A stretch of 62,891 nt of DNA, the filler included, from Cercozoa sp. M6MM (lineage: Eukaryota; Protista; Endomyxa: Ascetosporea), in the NCBI GenBank assembly GCA_040357565.1. It is 11 parts of 11 records of this genome, joined end to end, with 100 filler letters (N's around TTAATTAATTAA, not from the genome) between each part and the next. Parts side by side here need not be neighbours in the genome. Positions count along the whole stretch, not along the records: positions 1 to 3,540 come from JBDODJ010001414.1; positions 3,641 to 7,533 come from JBDODJ010001283.1; positions 7,634 to 20,245 come from JBDODJ010000373.1; 8 more parts are not named here. The stretch is one strand, 5' to 3'. The notes beneath the pieces are model-generated. The model did no database searches and was not told the DNA's origin. It saw only the letters and a list, made by a program, of their open reading frames with translations. Made by a program: the position numbers and the translations under genes. Position 1 is the stretch's first letter. Each line of letters starts with the position of its first letter. Positions 1 to 12,297 of this stretch are shown in pieces.

Positions 1-2392
1 TCGGCAGCTCCGGCGGCACCACGGCCGTCACAATCTACGTGGGGGCAACAGGGGGTAAAGGAGGGACGGGGGGGGGGGGGGGTAAAACTACCATGACGCA
101 GTTGAGCAGCAGCTTGAGACGCGGACGTTCTTCGGCCGTTTCTTGGAGACCACTGTGCAGCACGACGCCTGTCCATGAGGGTCCAGTACATATTGTCTAT
201 GTCTAAAGATATGATGCAAGTCTACAATAGTAGTTTACATATATGTATAGATATATGTATTCTACGTTACCAGCAGCCACGAGGGCAAAGCACAGGAGGA
301 ACCCGATGAAGAGAAACGCTTCTTTGTTCTCCACCTACATTCAGAGTCACAGGTATGCTCCCTTACCACTTTACCTTCCCCCCCCCCCCCCTGTTTGGTA
401 GGTACCGTGACACGTTGCGTGCTGTACAGAATCGTACGCAGCAGCTTGCCCTATCACAGCACACACACACACACACATAACGCCTCCTTCAAAATAAAAG
501 GTACCCTTAACGACAGTAAAATCCTCCCTTGGAGGAGAGAGAGGGAAAGGCACCTGAGCAGTGCCGAAACCGGTGCGCAGAACGACAGCGACGGCACCGT
601 TGCTAGGCGGAGTCGACACCACGTGCTTGCCCTCCTCTGTCAGTCCAGTCAGTCAGTCCAGTCAATCAGTCCAGTCACCCCAGTCACTCAACTCCAGGTA
701 CCAAACTGCTCCGTGGCCGGCGACTCGCAGCGAATCAGCTCGCAGCCGGCAGCGACGAAGTTCGCGCGGTGACGGTTCTCCGTGTCCAGTACCTCCTTGG
801 CCTCTGAGACAGACAGGGTAGCAGGCAGTAGTAGGACAGGCAGTAGGCAGCAGGCAGTAGACAGTAGGCAGTCGGACAGGTGGTACCGGTGTGCGCCAGT
901 GCCTCCTTGATCTGCGGCACGGACTCGCCGGTCAGCAGCGCCTCGTTGAGCACGACCTGCCCGTGCAGAATCACGCAGTCGCACGGACACAGCGCGTTGT
1001 TGTCCTGTACACACGTGCGGTCCATTTGTACATCAGTCCTTAGCCTGTCCATTCGTACCGTACTGGTGTCGGCAGTGTTGTCAGCAGTGTCGTTGTCGGC
1101 AGTGTCAGTAGAGATGGACGAGGGTGCCATCGAGGACTGCAGCAGCACAATGTCGCCCGGCACTAAGGAGCCACTGTCCTGCTTGTGCCAGCGACGGTCG
1201 CGGTGCACCCACACCTGCACCGGCGTCGAGCGCATGTCGCGCACCTGCCGCATGTTGGAGCGCCGGCGCCACACCATGGCACTCTCGAACATCACGAGCA
1301 TCAGCAGCGTGAACAGCGAGTACATCAGCATGTCGTCGAACATCCACAGGAACACACAGGCCACCTGTCCACACAGTTCTCGTACCTCATGTACCTACGC
1401 ATATCCCCCATTCGACTAGGCTACCTGGAAGACAAAAAAGGGAGCCACGGCATGCTCCTGGAACAGCTCCACGAAGGTCGGCAGCGGGAAGTCCAGCGAG
1501 TTGTGGCCCACCTGCGCGGACAGCGATAACTCATCTATACCCTCTTTACCCCCCCCCCCCCCGAACGCACCTGTTGCAGACGGCGACGCGCCTCGTCCGA
1601 CGAGAGTCCGTGCATCTGCTTGAGTTCGCCGACCTGTTCAGATGGACACATGTGTTGGTGCACACAGACACAGACACTGGCGACACTCTCTCTTTGTTAA
1701 GAACACGTTGTACATGCACATTGTCGTGCAGCGGCTTGGCCTCCTCAAAACTGCCATCTACACACAGGGAGGACATAGGGGAATGGGGAAGGGGTAAGGG
1801 TAAAGGGCTCAGACTACCCTCGGTCTGAACGAAGCGCTGCATTTGGAACGTGAACTCGAGCTGGCGGCGACGACGGCGCAGTGCAACGATGTCATCGCTG
1901 CCGCTGTGTGCCGGTGGCACCACATAGACCGACGTCGCTTTCGACAGGTCGCATTGCCGGTAGCACAGGTACATGCACCATCTGCAAGCACACACACACA
2001 CACCCATACACAAGTACACAAAGACATAAGTACACATATACACAAATATGACAATACTCCTTGCTCCAGTGAGTCGACAGGTGCGCCACCGCATGCGTGA
2101 AAATTGAAAGCGCAACTCCCACCATCCAGACCTACATTTACTCCATACCCCATCCCTTGCATCCACCTAACGTATCGTACCATGTGCCAGACATCGCCAT
2201 ATTCCTCAGCAACGCCACTTAGTACGGCCATCAGTCCTGGTTGCACACGAAAATCAACAGACGCTGATAAGCAAACACTCAAACTGTGCGAGTACCATGC
2301 AGTACGACAAAAGGCAGCACATCGCCGCGCGAAAAAGTGCCCCTTCGGCACACTGGTACGGCGCGCTGCACTAGCGGACTGTCCACGCGCAT
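1..2392 (-). CDS. ATP13A1: P5A-type ATPase (ATP13A1/Spf1-like), 5' part, more than 10 introns, truncated at window start
   Basis: Spliced translation gives MRVDSPLVQRAVPVCRRGTFSRGDVLPFVVLH, FQEHAVAPFFVFQ, MLYSLFTLLMLVMFE, LVPGDIV, CPCDCVILHG-VVLNEALLTGESVPQIKE, VLRTGFGTAQGKLLRTILYS and CVMIVTAVVPPELP. PPELP is the P5 signature. Confidence 0.93.
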
Positions 2393-3079
2393 TGTACTGA
2401 TCGCTGCCCAAGGCTCAAAATGCCTAAAAGCGAGATCTCGCCGGAGCAAAAGCAAGACTCTTCTGCGGAATCTTGGTCAGCTACTGGCGTCCAGTAACGA
2501 TTTCAACAACCAGCACGCGTGTGAGCACACTCAAGCTTGGTATCACAGACCTCTTCGCGTTTAAATTGCGATGATGTCAATGAAAATATCGATTTAAAAA
2601 TATCAAAGTCGACCATCGAAAATGAAAAAAAATCGTGGAAATCTATGTCGCTTCAGCTTTGACAGCAAAAGCTGAAAGAACTGCTGAAGTGTCGGCAAAG
2701 CGTTGAATGTAGAGAATTTATCCGTTGAGAATCGCGCCGCCATTGTTCGCCGAAGACTGCATAAACGCCCACAATGTTCTGGTGTTGCGCGAGACCGGTC
2801 TTGTAAAATAATAATACTCATTCCCGTCCAAGTTACTCCAAGATCCTGAAACAGGAGACTGGAGATCAGCCCGTCAACAACTACCAAGACAGAAGCACCG
2901 AAGATTGAAAAAGATTTGGTCGGAAAATATTTTTTAGAGCTAGCAGCAGCTTTGGTGAGTGCCAGGAACTCTATGTACACTTTTGAGTGTGCTGATGGGT
3001 GAAAAAGCTCTTCCGGTTGCCAACAAACTTTTTTGCAGGTTGGCGTGCTGGCAAGCATCTGCGACAGAACTACAGTCCC

Positions 3080-3526
3080 ATGGCGGAATTTGAGTCGCTC
3101 GAGTACCTCACGGGTTTTGGCAATGAGTTTGCTTCAGAGGCAGAGAAGGGTGCCTTGCCCATTGGCCAGGTATGTTTTGGAGACTTCAAAACTGCGTCAT
3201 GTGCCATGAATCGATGCTTTTTGTGACTTGCAATGTGCAGAACACGCCTCAGCGTTGTCCACACGGTCTGTACGCCGAGCAGGTATCTCTCAAGTGCATC
3301 CAACCATACTTTCCATGCACGGGGATTCTGTATCGTTGTAGCTGAGTGGAACGGCATTCACCAAGCCGCGTGCTTCCAACAAGTAGTCTCGCTTCTGTCT
3401 TTGTGTGTATGTGTATTCCTTCGTACCCTACCTTGTATAGGCGCACGTGGTTGTACCGCGCCGTGCCATCGGCCAAGCATGCTCCCTTCGAGTCGACCGA
3501 GGCGCCTGCTCTCGTGTCCTCTTTCG
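3080..3526 (+). CDS. HGD: Homogentisate 1,2-dioxygenase, 5' fragment (4 exons, contig ends)
   Basis: MAEFESLEYLTGFGNEFASEAEKGALPIGQ|NTPQRCPHGLYAEQ|LSGTAFTKPRASNK|RTWLYRAVPSAKH matches the conserved HGD N-terminus. Confidence 0.95.
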
Positions 3527-3540
3527 GTACCCCCCCCCCC

Positions 3541-3640
3541 NNNNNNNNNNNNNNNNNNNNNNNNNNNNNNNNNNNNNNNNNNNNTTAATTAATTAANNNN
3601 NNNNNNNNNNNNNNNNNNNNNNNNNNNNNNNNNNNNNNNN
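3541..3640. other. Artificial contig linker. The same linker occurs at 7534-7633, 20246-20345, 23632-23731, 27930-28029, 35318-35417, 38807-38906, 42455-42554, 56207-56306 and 59563-59662.
   Basis: Identical 100-nt N-run/TTAATTAATTAA/N-run spacer, whose core has stops in all six frames. Confidence 0.97.
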
Positions 3641-4407
3641 ACAACACAGAACATTGCGAGGTGGCTACATTTAGGGAGTGGACATCAACTTAAGGGCGAG
3701 CTATGCAGACACTCACACTACCTCCTCATCGAGATCCGGCTCGAAACGCAGTTTCGACGAGATCTGGAACTGTCAGCGGGGGGGGGGGGGTTAAAGAGAG
3801 GTAGAAGGTAGTAGGGTAGGGGTAGGGGGTAGGTAAGGGTAGGGTAGGGGTAGGATAGGGTAGGGGTAGGGTAGGGTAGGGATAGGGTAGGGGTAAGGGG
3901 AGCTACCCAGTCCGAGTTGCGGCCGTCGGTGTTCTCCTTGTGCGCGGCGAGGTGCGAGTTCACGAAGCAGTAGGTCGACTGGTAGAAGCGACAGCGCGCA
4001 GCGACGGCGCCCTTGTTGCCGCCGACGCCGGCCACGCCGACGCCGACCTTGTCCCAGGCGAGTTCGATCACGTGCGGCGAGTGCTCCTCGCGCACGAACA
4101 GACCGAGGTACAGACCGACCATGTGCTTGTGTCCGAGGCACACGTAGTCGTGCCCGAGTGCCGTGCTGATCTTCTGCGTCCACTCCTTGAAGGCCTTGGA
4201 GGACACGGCCACGTTGTTGCGCGCGTTGAGGTCCACCACCTCCTGCAGACCGATCGCATAGATGTCGGCTGTGTGCGCCTCGCCGGCCGTGAGCCACTCG
4301 GCGACGTGGTCCTTGCTGGACGGCACCACGGCGCCGCAGTTGAACGTGCCCACAAACACGCTCAGCTCGCGCGCCGTCGCGTACTGGTGCGCCGCTGCAA
4401 ACGCCAT
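3641..4407 (-). CDS. Inositol polyphosphate 5-phosphatase (INPP5/OCRL/synaptojanin-type catalytic domain), 5' part
   Basis: VFVGTFNCG, DIYAIGLQEVV, HMVGLYLGLFV, GVGGNKGAVAAR, CFVNSHLAAH and RNSD motifs. Confidence 0.92.
3778..3905 (+). repeat. Intronic poly-G plus irregular (TAGGG/TAGGGG/TAAGGG)n telomere-like array
   Basis: Read directly; it lies in the intron following ...GRNSD of the 5-phosphatase. Confidence 0.9.
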
Positions 4408-5024
4408 CTTTCCCCGTTTTTGTTAGGTCCGAAATACGCCTGCAACACACCACAACTCACCATATACCGGACAAGCAAAACAGACATGACGAAAAGAACA
4501 AAAACACCACACAGTAATTATTGGGCTCCCCTGGACATACCAAGTAATGCGGCCGGTGAGAATGTGCGCACGTGCGCACGCAATCTTTAAGTACAGTAGA
4601 GCAAATCGACTAGTGGTGAGAATGAGTGGGCAGGAGTCGACTCACACTCAGAGCCAATCAATCCCGGGAAACGGCTCATGTGATCTCCCTGTGCGGGCCC
4701 GTGCCTTGTCTGTGCATACAGACCCTACCGCACGGCGCTGCACACACAAATGAGAGAATTGGCACAAATGTGCACGTTCTGCAGAATGGAAAACCTCCCA
4801 GTCTGGGCCGCTGGGCAATCAAAAGGGCCACAGTGTTGCACGGTTCAACACGGGCAGTACAACTTCACAAGCAGGATTGTCGCGTGCAGCATCTTCTGTT
4901 GCCAATGTAACCGGCACCTTACAAGCACAAAAAAAGAGAAAGCTTGTTGCCAACCTGCGGTCAGCTGCAGGCGTTCGGCTTTGGGCAGTTTGGGCATGAC
5001 GACACTGAATGTAAGATTCGCAAC

Positions 5025-7477
5025 ATGAAGCGCTGGTTGACACTGACAGTGACTGTACTGCTCGCTGCGCTGATCGGAGCTTCCGCAACTCCGGGTCACG
5101 CGACTTTCAATTCGACGGAAAAACTGAAGCTGCGAAAGGCTCTCGTCAACGCAGTCGCACGGGGTGCGCGCGGATCGTTCTTAGCGTCGCCTGCAGGTGA
5201 GCTCGTGACGAGTCTTGAACTAGCGGAGTACTACCAGGCGAATTCGGAGCCGAGTGCCAGCTTGGAAGCTCGTCTGACTGACAGCGTCCCTCAAAACTCG
5301 GTGCTGGAACTGCGCGTCGAGATTCTTTTGGCTCGCTGTCGCGATGATCAGGGCCATGGACGTGTTTCAGTGTCGGAGACTGCGAACGAAATTCGAGAGA
5401 TCCTCCAATGGCAGTGGAGGCCGACTTTCGGGTTGCTGCCCGAGTTTTCTGACTTGACTTCGTGTGGAAGTCTCCGTGCCGCCTTGGTCCGACAGTGTCA
5501 CAAGTCCCGGGCATCTTAACCTCCAACTAGAGGGACCGACTCTTAACCTCAACTTCCTGCTCCTGGGGTACGGAATATCATCGGCATGACTTTTATGATT
5601 ACTAAATACTAAAGTACTCCACAGTATCTGTTTCCTTTGCACTCGTATGTACTTTAGCGACTACTCGTCCTCGCATGCGATGCTAAGCACACTGCGTCGT
5701 CGTAGTCGACGCCCCAGGAGTAACTCCCTCTGTTGAAACTTTTCGAGAGGCATGGAACAACCCTGGTTTGATCGCCTTCGTGCTGGACGAGAGTGCCTAT
5801 GCCAACCCCTGGAAGACTGAGTGGCAGCGAGTTCTCAGCAGAGAAATGGAGGCGCATGAGAGACGCGTGCTGGAGGATCCTGCGCATCTGACTCTGTCGC
5901 CTGAGCAGCGGCATCGGATCTCCACCGTCATTCAGAAGCACGTAAGTTACTGACTATTCGATCTTTGCAGCTACAGAACTGTTTGCAGGTATCTTAAACT
6001 TCACTTTTCTGTAGCGAAAGCGACTAGAAAACGTCGCCGCGGCAGAGATCGACAGCGCTCGTTTCAACACAGTGGTGAAACTGTTCGTTCCTGCGTCTCT
6101 GTGGCCACTGATTCAGGACCGAGAAGTGACCGCGCAACAAGTGAAACTGCTGCCCAAGATGATCGGAGCAGCTTTCGGCATCGTGCAGCGTCACGTGCTT
6201 CTCGGCAGAGGCAACGCCAGCGGGACTCTTGCCTCCGGGAGTTTGTCGATTCACTGTCGCAGCTGCAGCGACCGCAGGACTTGCACCACATGGCACGCGC
6301 TGTCACGATCCGCGGCGCATTGCTGGCGTGGGACGTAGTGCGCAAAAACCTCTTGACTGGACTGAACAGGCTCAACGCCTTTGCTCGAGAAAAACCCGAG
6401 CGCTCGCAACTACTTCAAGCGCTGTGCCGCGAAATCGCCAGCAACGCGAGCGAGCTTTTCGCGTGGCTCGACTCGGTCTTTGTCTTTGCATTGAACGTCG
6501 ATCTGACCGACGTGGCGCCGTTGGTCGACGTGCAGCTGTTGGATCGAGCCTACTGGTGGGGTGCACCTCCATCGGACCCAAACTCCGTGTTGGAGTTGGT
6601 GCGCGAATTCAAGGGAGAGCTCGACGATACAACTACTGCTCTGCATGAGTGCGCAACCCAAGAAAAATTGACAGACAGTGCCTTAGGGGCCTGGGCAACA
6701 TTGTAGAATTACAAGCATTTCGCCAGTTGGAATCCACCCTTTTTGGGACCCAAAGAGATTTTCTCTGATCAGCACAACTAAGATAGCCGGTTTGATTTGG
6801 AGAGGCATTGTGCCTAAGTTAATGTGAGCTGCGGGACGGTAAAACAAGCGCGATCGGCCAGGTGGGCGCTTAACACGTCTTGATTCTTCACGAGTAACGA
6901 GCCTGAAGCGATCAAAACGCCCGAAGGGGCAGTGAAGGCGCTTTATTCTGCGCGTGCGGCAACGCAATTGCCAAAACTCAGCACCAGAACTCTGCTGACT
7001 GCGATACAGGTAAAAAAGGATCAAAATAATTTTGTTGCTCATCTACAAGAACACCTCCAAAAGGCAGGCAACGACAATCGCCCTCCCAAGTCGTCTGACA
7101 AGGATGTTAAGGCTGCTCCAGACCCTGGCGAGTTCTCCTCCGAGCAGACGTGTCGTGTCGCTCGATACTGCGCCGAACTGTACGAAAACTCGAGTTCGCT
7201 GGACTACACGCTGTCGCGAGACATCAGAGTGTGGGTATTCTCGATGACATTGTCAGCTCGCTTCACAAGGTATTATAGAATAACTACGCTTTGTCACACA
7301 CAAGTGAGAGTTGTTCAGGACGACAACACAACAAGTGAGTGTTGTGCAGTACTTGAGTATCGGTACCAAGTGTCACTGCGCCGAGACGCAGCAACATTTA
7401 TTCCTATCGTCAAGAAAAACGTGTTTATCAAGTATGGTTCCTCGCTGTTCCAAACACAAACGTACTTTTATACCTAG
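5025..7477 (+). CDS. Hypothetical multi-exon protein with an N-terminal signal-peptide-like segment, probably 3'-truncated
   Basis: MKRWLTLTVTVLLAALIGASA start, followed by long + strand coding-like blocks (5025-5400, 5770-5940, 6170-6700, 6930-7430) separated by T-rich introns. No family recognised. Confidence 0.55.
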
Positions 7478-7480
7478 CGA

Positions 7481-7532
<52 letters not shown>

Positions 7533-7633
7533 CNNNNNNNNNNNNNNNNNNNNNNNNNNNNNNNNNNNNNNNNNNNNTTAATTAATTAANNNNNNNNNNN
7601 NNNNNNNNNNNNNNNNNNNNNNNNNNNNNNNNN

Positions 7634-7674
<41 letters not shown>

Positions 7675-7676
7675 CA

Positions 7677-8434
7677 GTTGGCTGTCGCTGCACGCACCCG
7701 AGACAGTGGAGACGCCGGCAACATCGAGCAGCTGCGTCGCAGTGCGCGTGCAGCACCGCGGCAGAAGTGGTACCTCCCTGACCTTGACTCGTTCAACCTA
7801 TATAGACTCACGGGCAGTTAAATCACGCAGGCACGTGGCGCCTGCCGGTGCAGGCAGTGGCCGAAGTGAGCGGCACCAGTGTCGTACTGCACGAGTGGAC
7901 ACTCACCTCGCAGCTGCAACTGCAGTCACCGTCAGTCTCGGTACGCCGCACCATGGTGTATGCATCATGTGCATGTGTCTATGTTTACTGAGTAGTACCA
8001 AATACGCCGTGGCACGGGAAGGCCGCAGAGAAAGCACTTTGCCTTCACCAACACTCAGCGCAGGTGCCGTCTTCTGGTCTTTCGGTCGGCACGACCTGGT
8101 ATACTATATATACTCATATCTTTGAATATAAATATATACTCATATACAATATATATCCTATATATATATATATATATATATATACCACTATGCCAGTGAC
8201 TGTCTTGTGTCTGCCTCAGCCCTGCTGCAACTGTGCGTCAAGGAGACAACCGGCAGCACTCCTGCCTCGTCGGACTACGCAAACTACGCGCGCGTTCGCC
8301 TGGCGCCGCTGCAGCAGGTCGACGTGCACGTGCTGCTACCATCGCGTTCTGCCATCGCGCACAACGTCGACGTTCTCGTGCTCGATGACGCCTCTGGCAC
8401 CGTGGAAGACATCGTGCGGTTCGCGTTCTGCTAG
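7677..8434 (+). CDS. Hypothetical protein, 3' exons
   Basis: GC-rich exon blocks flanked by AG/GT, ending ...VDVLVLDDASGTVEDIVRFAFC*. An (AT)n intron lies at about 8100-8185. Confidence 0.45.
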
Positions 8435-8689
8435 TAGTTTCAAACCGAACGGAAGTGAGTGAACTAAGTTGAATGCAGTTGGGTGACGGATGGGAGTCAA
8501 ATTAAACGGAAACGAAAGAGAAAAATAAATCACAGGACGACTAAGTGACGACTTGGAGCGTGACTTGACGTAGACGGACAAAGTGAGGGCTCCAATACAT
8601 GCATCATACAGTACTCGACTCGCAAGCATACGAATGGTGTGTGAAGCGCGGCGGAAAGGACGTAACCCGCACTTCCGAACTTGAGTGGT

Positions 8690-11600
8690 CTACGCACCCA
8701 TGTCGGCACGCTTCTGCAGCAGCTTGATCTCGGTCTCGGCGCGGGCACGGTGCTCACGGCGCCAAGCAGAGAACTCTGCACACTCACAAACACACAGATA
8801 CAGTACACGAGGATACACACACCCACACGGCACGAAGAAAGACACGGTACGAGGTGACTCCAAGAAGTTCTGCAGGAGGTTGGTGCTCACGAGACGAGTC
8901 ACCTCGACGTGGACCATCGCGAGCGCGCGCAGACGACGCTTGCGCACAGTGGCATCGCTCTTGCGCCGGACAATGGCGCCGGCCTCCGAGGTGCCATCCT
9001 CGGCGAGCTCGCCCTTGAAGAGGTCGGCCACCATGGAGCGCAGGTGGTCGCTCACGTTCAGCATCTCGGACGAGTTGTTGTGCAGGAAGCGGCGGTACAG
9101 CTCGACCAAATGCACGTCGGTGAGACCGTTGCGCGCTGCCATGCGGTAGGTCGCCAGGAACGCAATGTTCTCACCGCCTGCACAAACGACAAAGAACATA
9201 CAAATTACAGACAGTTCACTGAGCAATAAATAAGCTGCGGTACTGTAGACTTCTTCGGCCTGCTTGTGCAGCAGCGAACGGAGCTCGGAGTTGTCAATGA
9301 CACGCTCGAGCGACCAGGTGCGCGCAGTCCAGTGCAACTGCAACGCCGCCACACGTTTGTTCTCTGCCGCGGCAGCAAAGACAATAGCCACCAGGCCGAC
9401 CACGAGGGCGGCAATCGCAATGCCAAGCGCCGTGTTGATGCTGTCCTGCACGTCTTCCGTGAGTTGGTCGATGTCACGCACAATACCGTCGCGAAGCGGA
9501 ATGACGTAGTCGAGAATATCTCCTTGCATGACCTGCAGCGGGCCGTTGAACAAATCGCGAGCGTCGTCGACGGCGCTGCTGTTGCCACTGGGCGACGTCA
9601 TCTCCATTATGTCCTCAAGCATGCTGTAGTAGTTATCGACAGTATCGATCGTCTCTTGCGGCGGATGCGAGTACTCTTCAACTTGCGCCCACGCTCGCGC
9701 GAACTGACTCATCGTGGCACCGACCATTGCCGAGTACACGCCGCGAACGGCCGGGTCCTTTGAGGCGACTGCAGCGATAGAGATGAAGGACTCCTCAAGA
9801 TCACACATTGACAAAATAAGCACGTACCAGACAGCATGACGGCAGACCACGCCGTTTCAACGTTGGTGTAGACCTTGTATGCACGAATGGCCACGAGGAC
9901 CTGGATGCCAGCGGTCTGAACGTCCTCTTCGGCACGCTCCGCCTTGGTCCAGAACAGCAACTAAACAGCACACCAACTTTGTACACCCACAAGAACACTA
10001 TAGAGCACATCGCTACTATAAACAAACGATATCAACGGTACCGTCGAGGTGAGTAGCAGCAGCCAACACAGCAGCAGCGAGCCGGAGACAATACGTTCCT
10101 TGCGCTGCAGCGTGCGCTGAGCGAGACGACGCCAGTCGGCCGAGCTGCGACTGCTGCGACTGCGACTGGTACCAGTGCCGCTGGTCGGCATCGAGTTCGT
10201 GCCCAACTGGTAGTCGGTGCTGCTGTTCGTGCTGCCCGTCAGTCGCGTGCTGCCACTGAGCGTCGATTCGCCCATGTCACTGCTGCACATAGACAGAAAC
10301 CCACCCGTATCAGCGTACAGTGCAAGCAGGAAAGACAAGAAAAAAAGTACCTGCTGCCGGCATCGCTAGAACGAGAGTCCATATCTTCGTCTTCATCGTC
10401 GTCGGCATCGGCCAGCAGTACGTCGGCGTGCAGCATGTCGCCGGCTTCGGAGGAGTTAGCCGAGTGCGGCGAGGCCACGATCTTCATCTCATCGAGCGCG
10501 ATGCGGCGTCTCAGGCGCTTTCGCGTCGCGCGAATCGCCTGCTTGAGGCGCAGTTGCTCGCGGTTCACCAGGTGCGTCGTCAGGAAGGCGGCCACTAATG
10601 CGGCACCAAGCTGCACAAGGCCAATTGTACTCAAAACAGATGCATGTGAAATGAGAGTGTAAAATGCGAGCAAGTACCACAACTACACCAGCGATTCCCC
10701 ACTTGACCGCCTTATCGCGTGTTTCGATGCTCTCTCGGTCAAGACGCTGTAGGTCGTTCTCGTTAGCGTCTTGCACACGGATCAGCGACGTACTTAGCAC
10801 GGTCGAGTTGAAGTACATGTTGTTGTTCTTTTCAGGGATCGGGAACGTCATGTAATGTTGCGCCTCGATCAACTCGGTATCGTTGCCGTCTGCCGCACGC
10901 GCCATCTCCATGCCTTCCTGCAAACACGCAATGTATTAAAATGCACAGCTAACAAACAAAAAACGAAATCGCTGAGAGAAATAAAAAGCATATTTACGTG
11001 TTCCCAAGGCATTTGACGTTCAAGAAACGGCACGTAAGTTCTAATGAATTCTGCCGAGGTAGCAACTGCCAGCTTGTTCTTTATAATACTTTCGGCCTGT
11101 TCCCGGACCGAAACCTCCAGCACATGCCAGAAGCTCTGGCCCTGCAGACACACGGCACTCTACACTGAAGCTCAGCGACGAAGGAAAGTTCATATTTACC
11201 TCGGGAATGGTGCCAGCGTTGGCATACTGCGGGTATCCGTAGCGCTGAGCTTGCTGACTCAAAAGCGAGGGATCAAAGATCGTAGTGAAGGCGACACCGA
11301 TTTGTTCCATGCGCGCCAGGCCGAGTTCGACGAAATCAAACGATGCCCCCATCACGGCAGGCATCTGCTCATGAACGAGATCGCGAACTTCGATGCCAAC
11401 GACGAGATTGCCGACCACCGTCACCAGCGAAGCGAGCCACATCAGAGAAACGACAATCTGCGAAACATACGACCTCGCACAGCACACAAAATCAAGCAAA
11501 CTGCGTACCCTGCGGGTGCGTTGAGCACGAGTGAACCGGAGATCCGCCTTGTCGAGTTGAATTGAGTCCTGCTTCCTGATCGCCTCATCTTGCGTCTTGA

Positions 11601-11700
11601 TGCTGAGCTTGACAGACGTAGGTGTCACAGGCTGCGACAAAGGCTTCGACACGTCCACTGTTAACTCGATCGAGTCAGGGGACTCGGCCGTTTCCACCAT
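8690..11700 (-). CDS. Multi-pass (about 4 TM) membrane protein with a C-terminal RGS domain
   Basis: RGS motifs after splicing: LERVIDNSELRSLLHKQAEEVYS|GENIAFL, LYRRFLHNNSSEMLNVS and ALAMVHVEVTRLVSTNLLQNFLESP. Four hydrophobic segments lie upstream. Confidence 0.8.
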
Positions 11701-12297
11701 GCGCACTAGCTAAACGCGCCACAGCAACTGCAAGCAAGAAAGGTGGTGATGCTCAGTAGAGAGGCACAATTGGCACGGCTTAACAACAACCAAAAGTTCG
11801 CGCAGTCCTTTGGCGAGCACACGGCTGTTGGTTGCAACAGGACCCACGACCGTTTAAGACGGGCAGCCGACTGCTAAGTGGTGATACATACTCGCTGAGT
11901 GAAAGTGATCCCTGATTGTTTAACTGAGATCAATTCACTGAGAACAGACCCATCATTCGATATAAAGAGCACCGCTTGCCGATACGGTATCAGCCCCTCG
12001 CGCACCGGCTGCTCTCGAGAAGAACAATCCTGCAAACGGGCTCGACTCATAGTCGTGTATGACGTACTTTTTGTATTGAGTCAGTTTCATGGTTGATACT
12101 GACACTAACACAGCTACCCTGCCAAGGTCTTGGGGGTAACGCATAACGGTGGTATCATTTTAGGACTTTTATAGTCGGTGCGGAAGCTCCAGCGACACCG
12201 TAATTCGGTGATTGCGCACTGTTGTCTTGTACACTGAGATGATATCGCGCTCAGTTTAGCAACTGCTGGTTGGTTTAAAGAAAAGTGATACCGAAGC

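Noticed and set aside
3585-3596. Recurrent palindromic TTAATTAATTAA as a biological motif
   Set aside because: It is always centred in an identical N-padded 100-nt block, so it is an artificial all-frame-stop contig linker.
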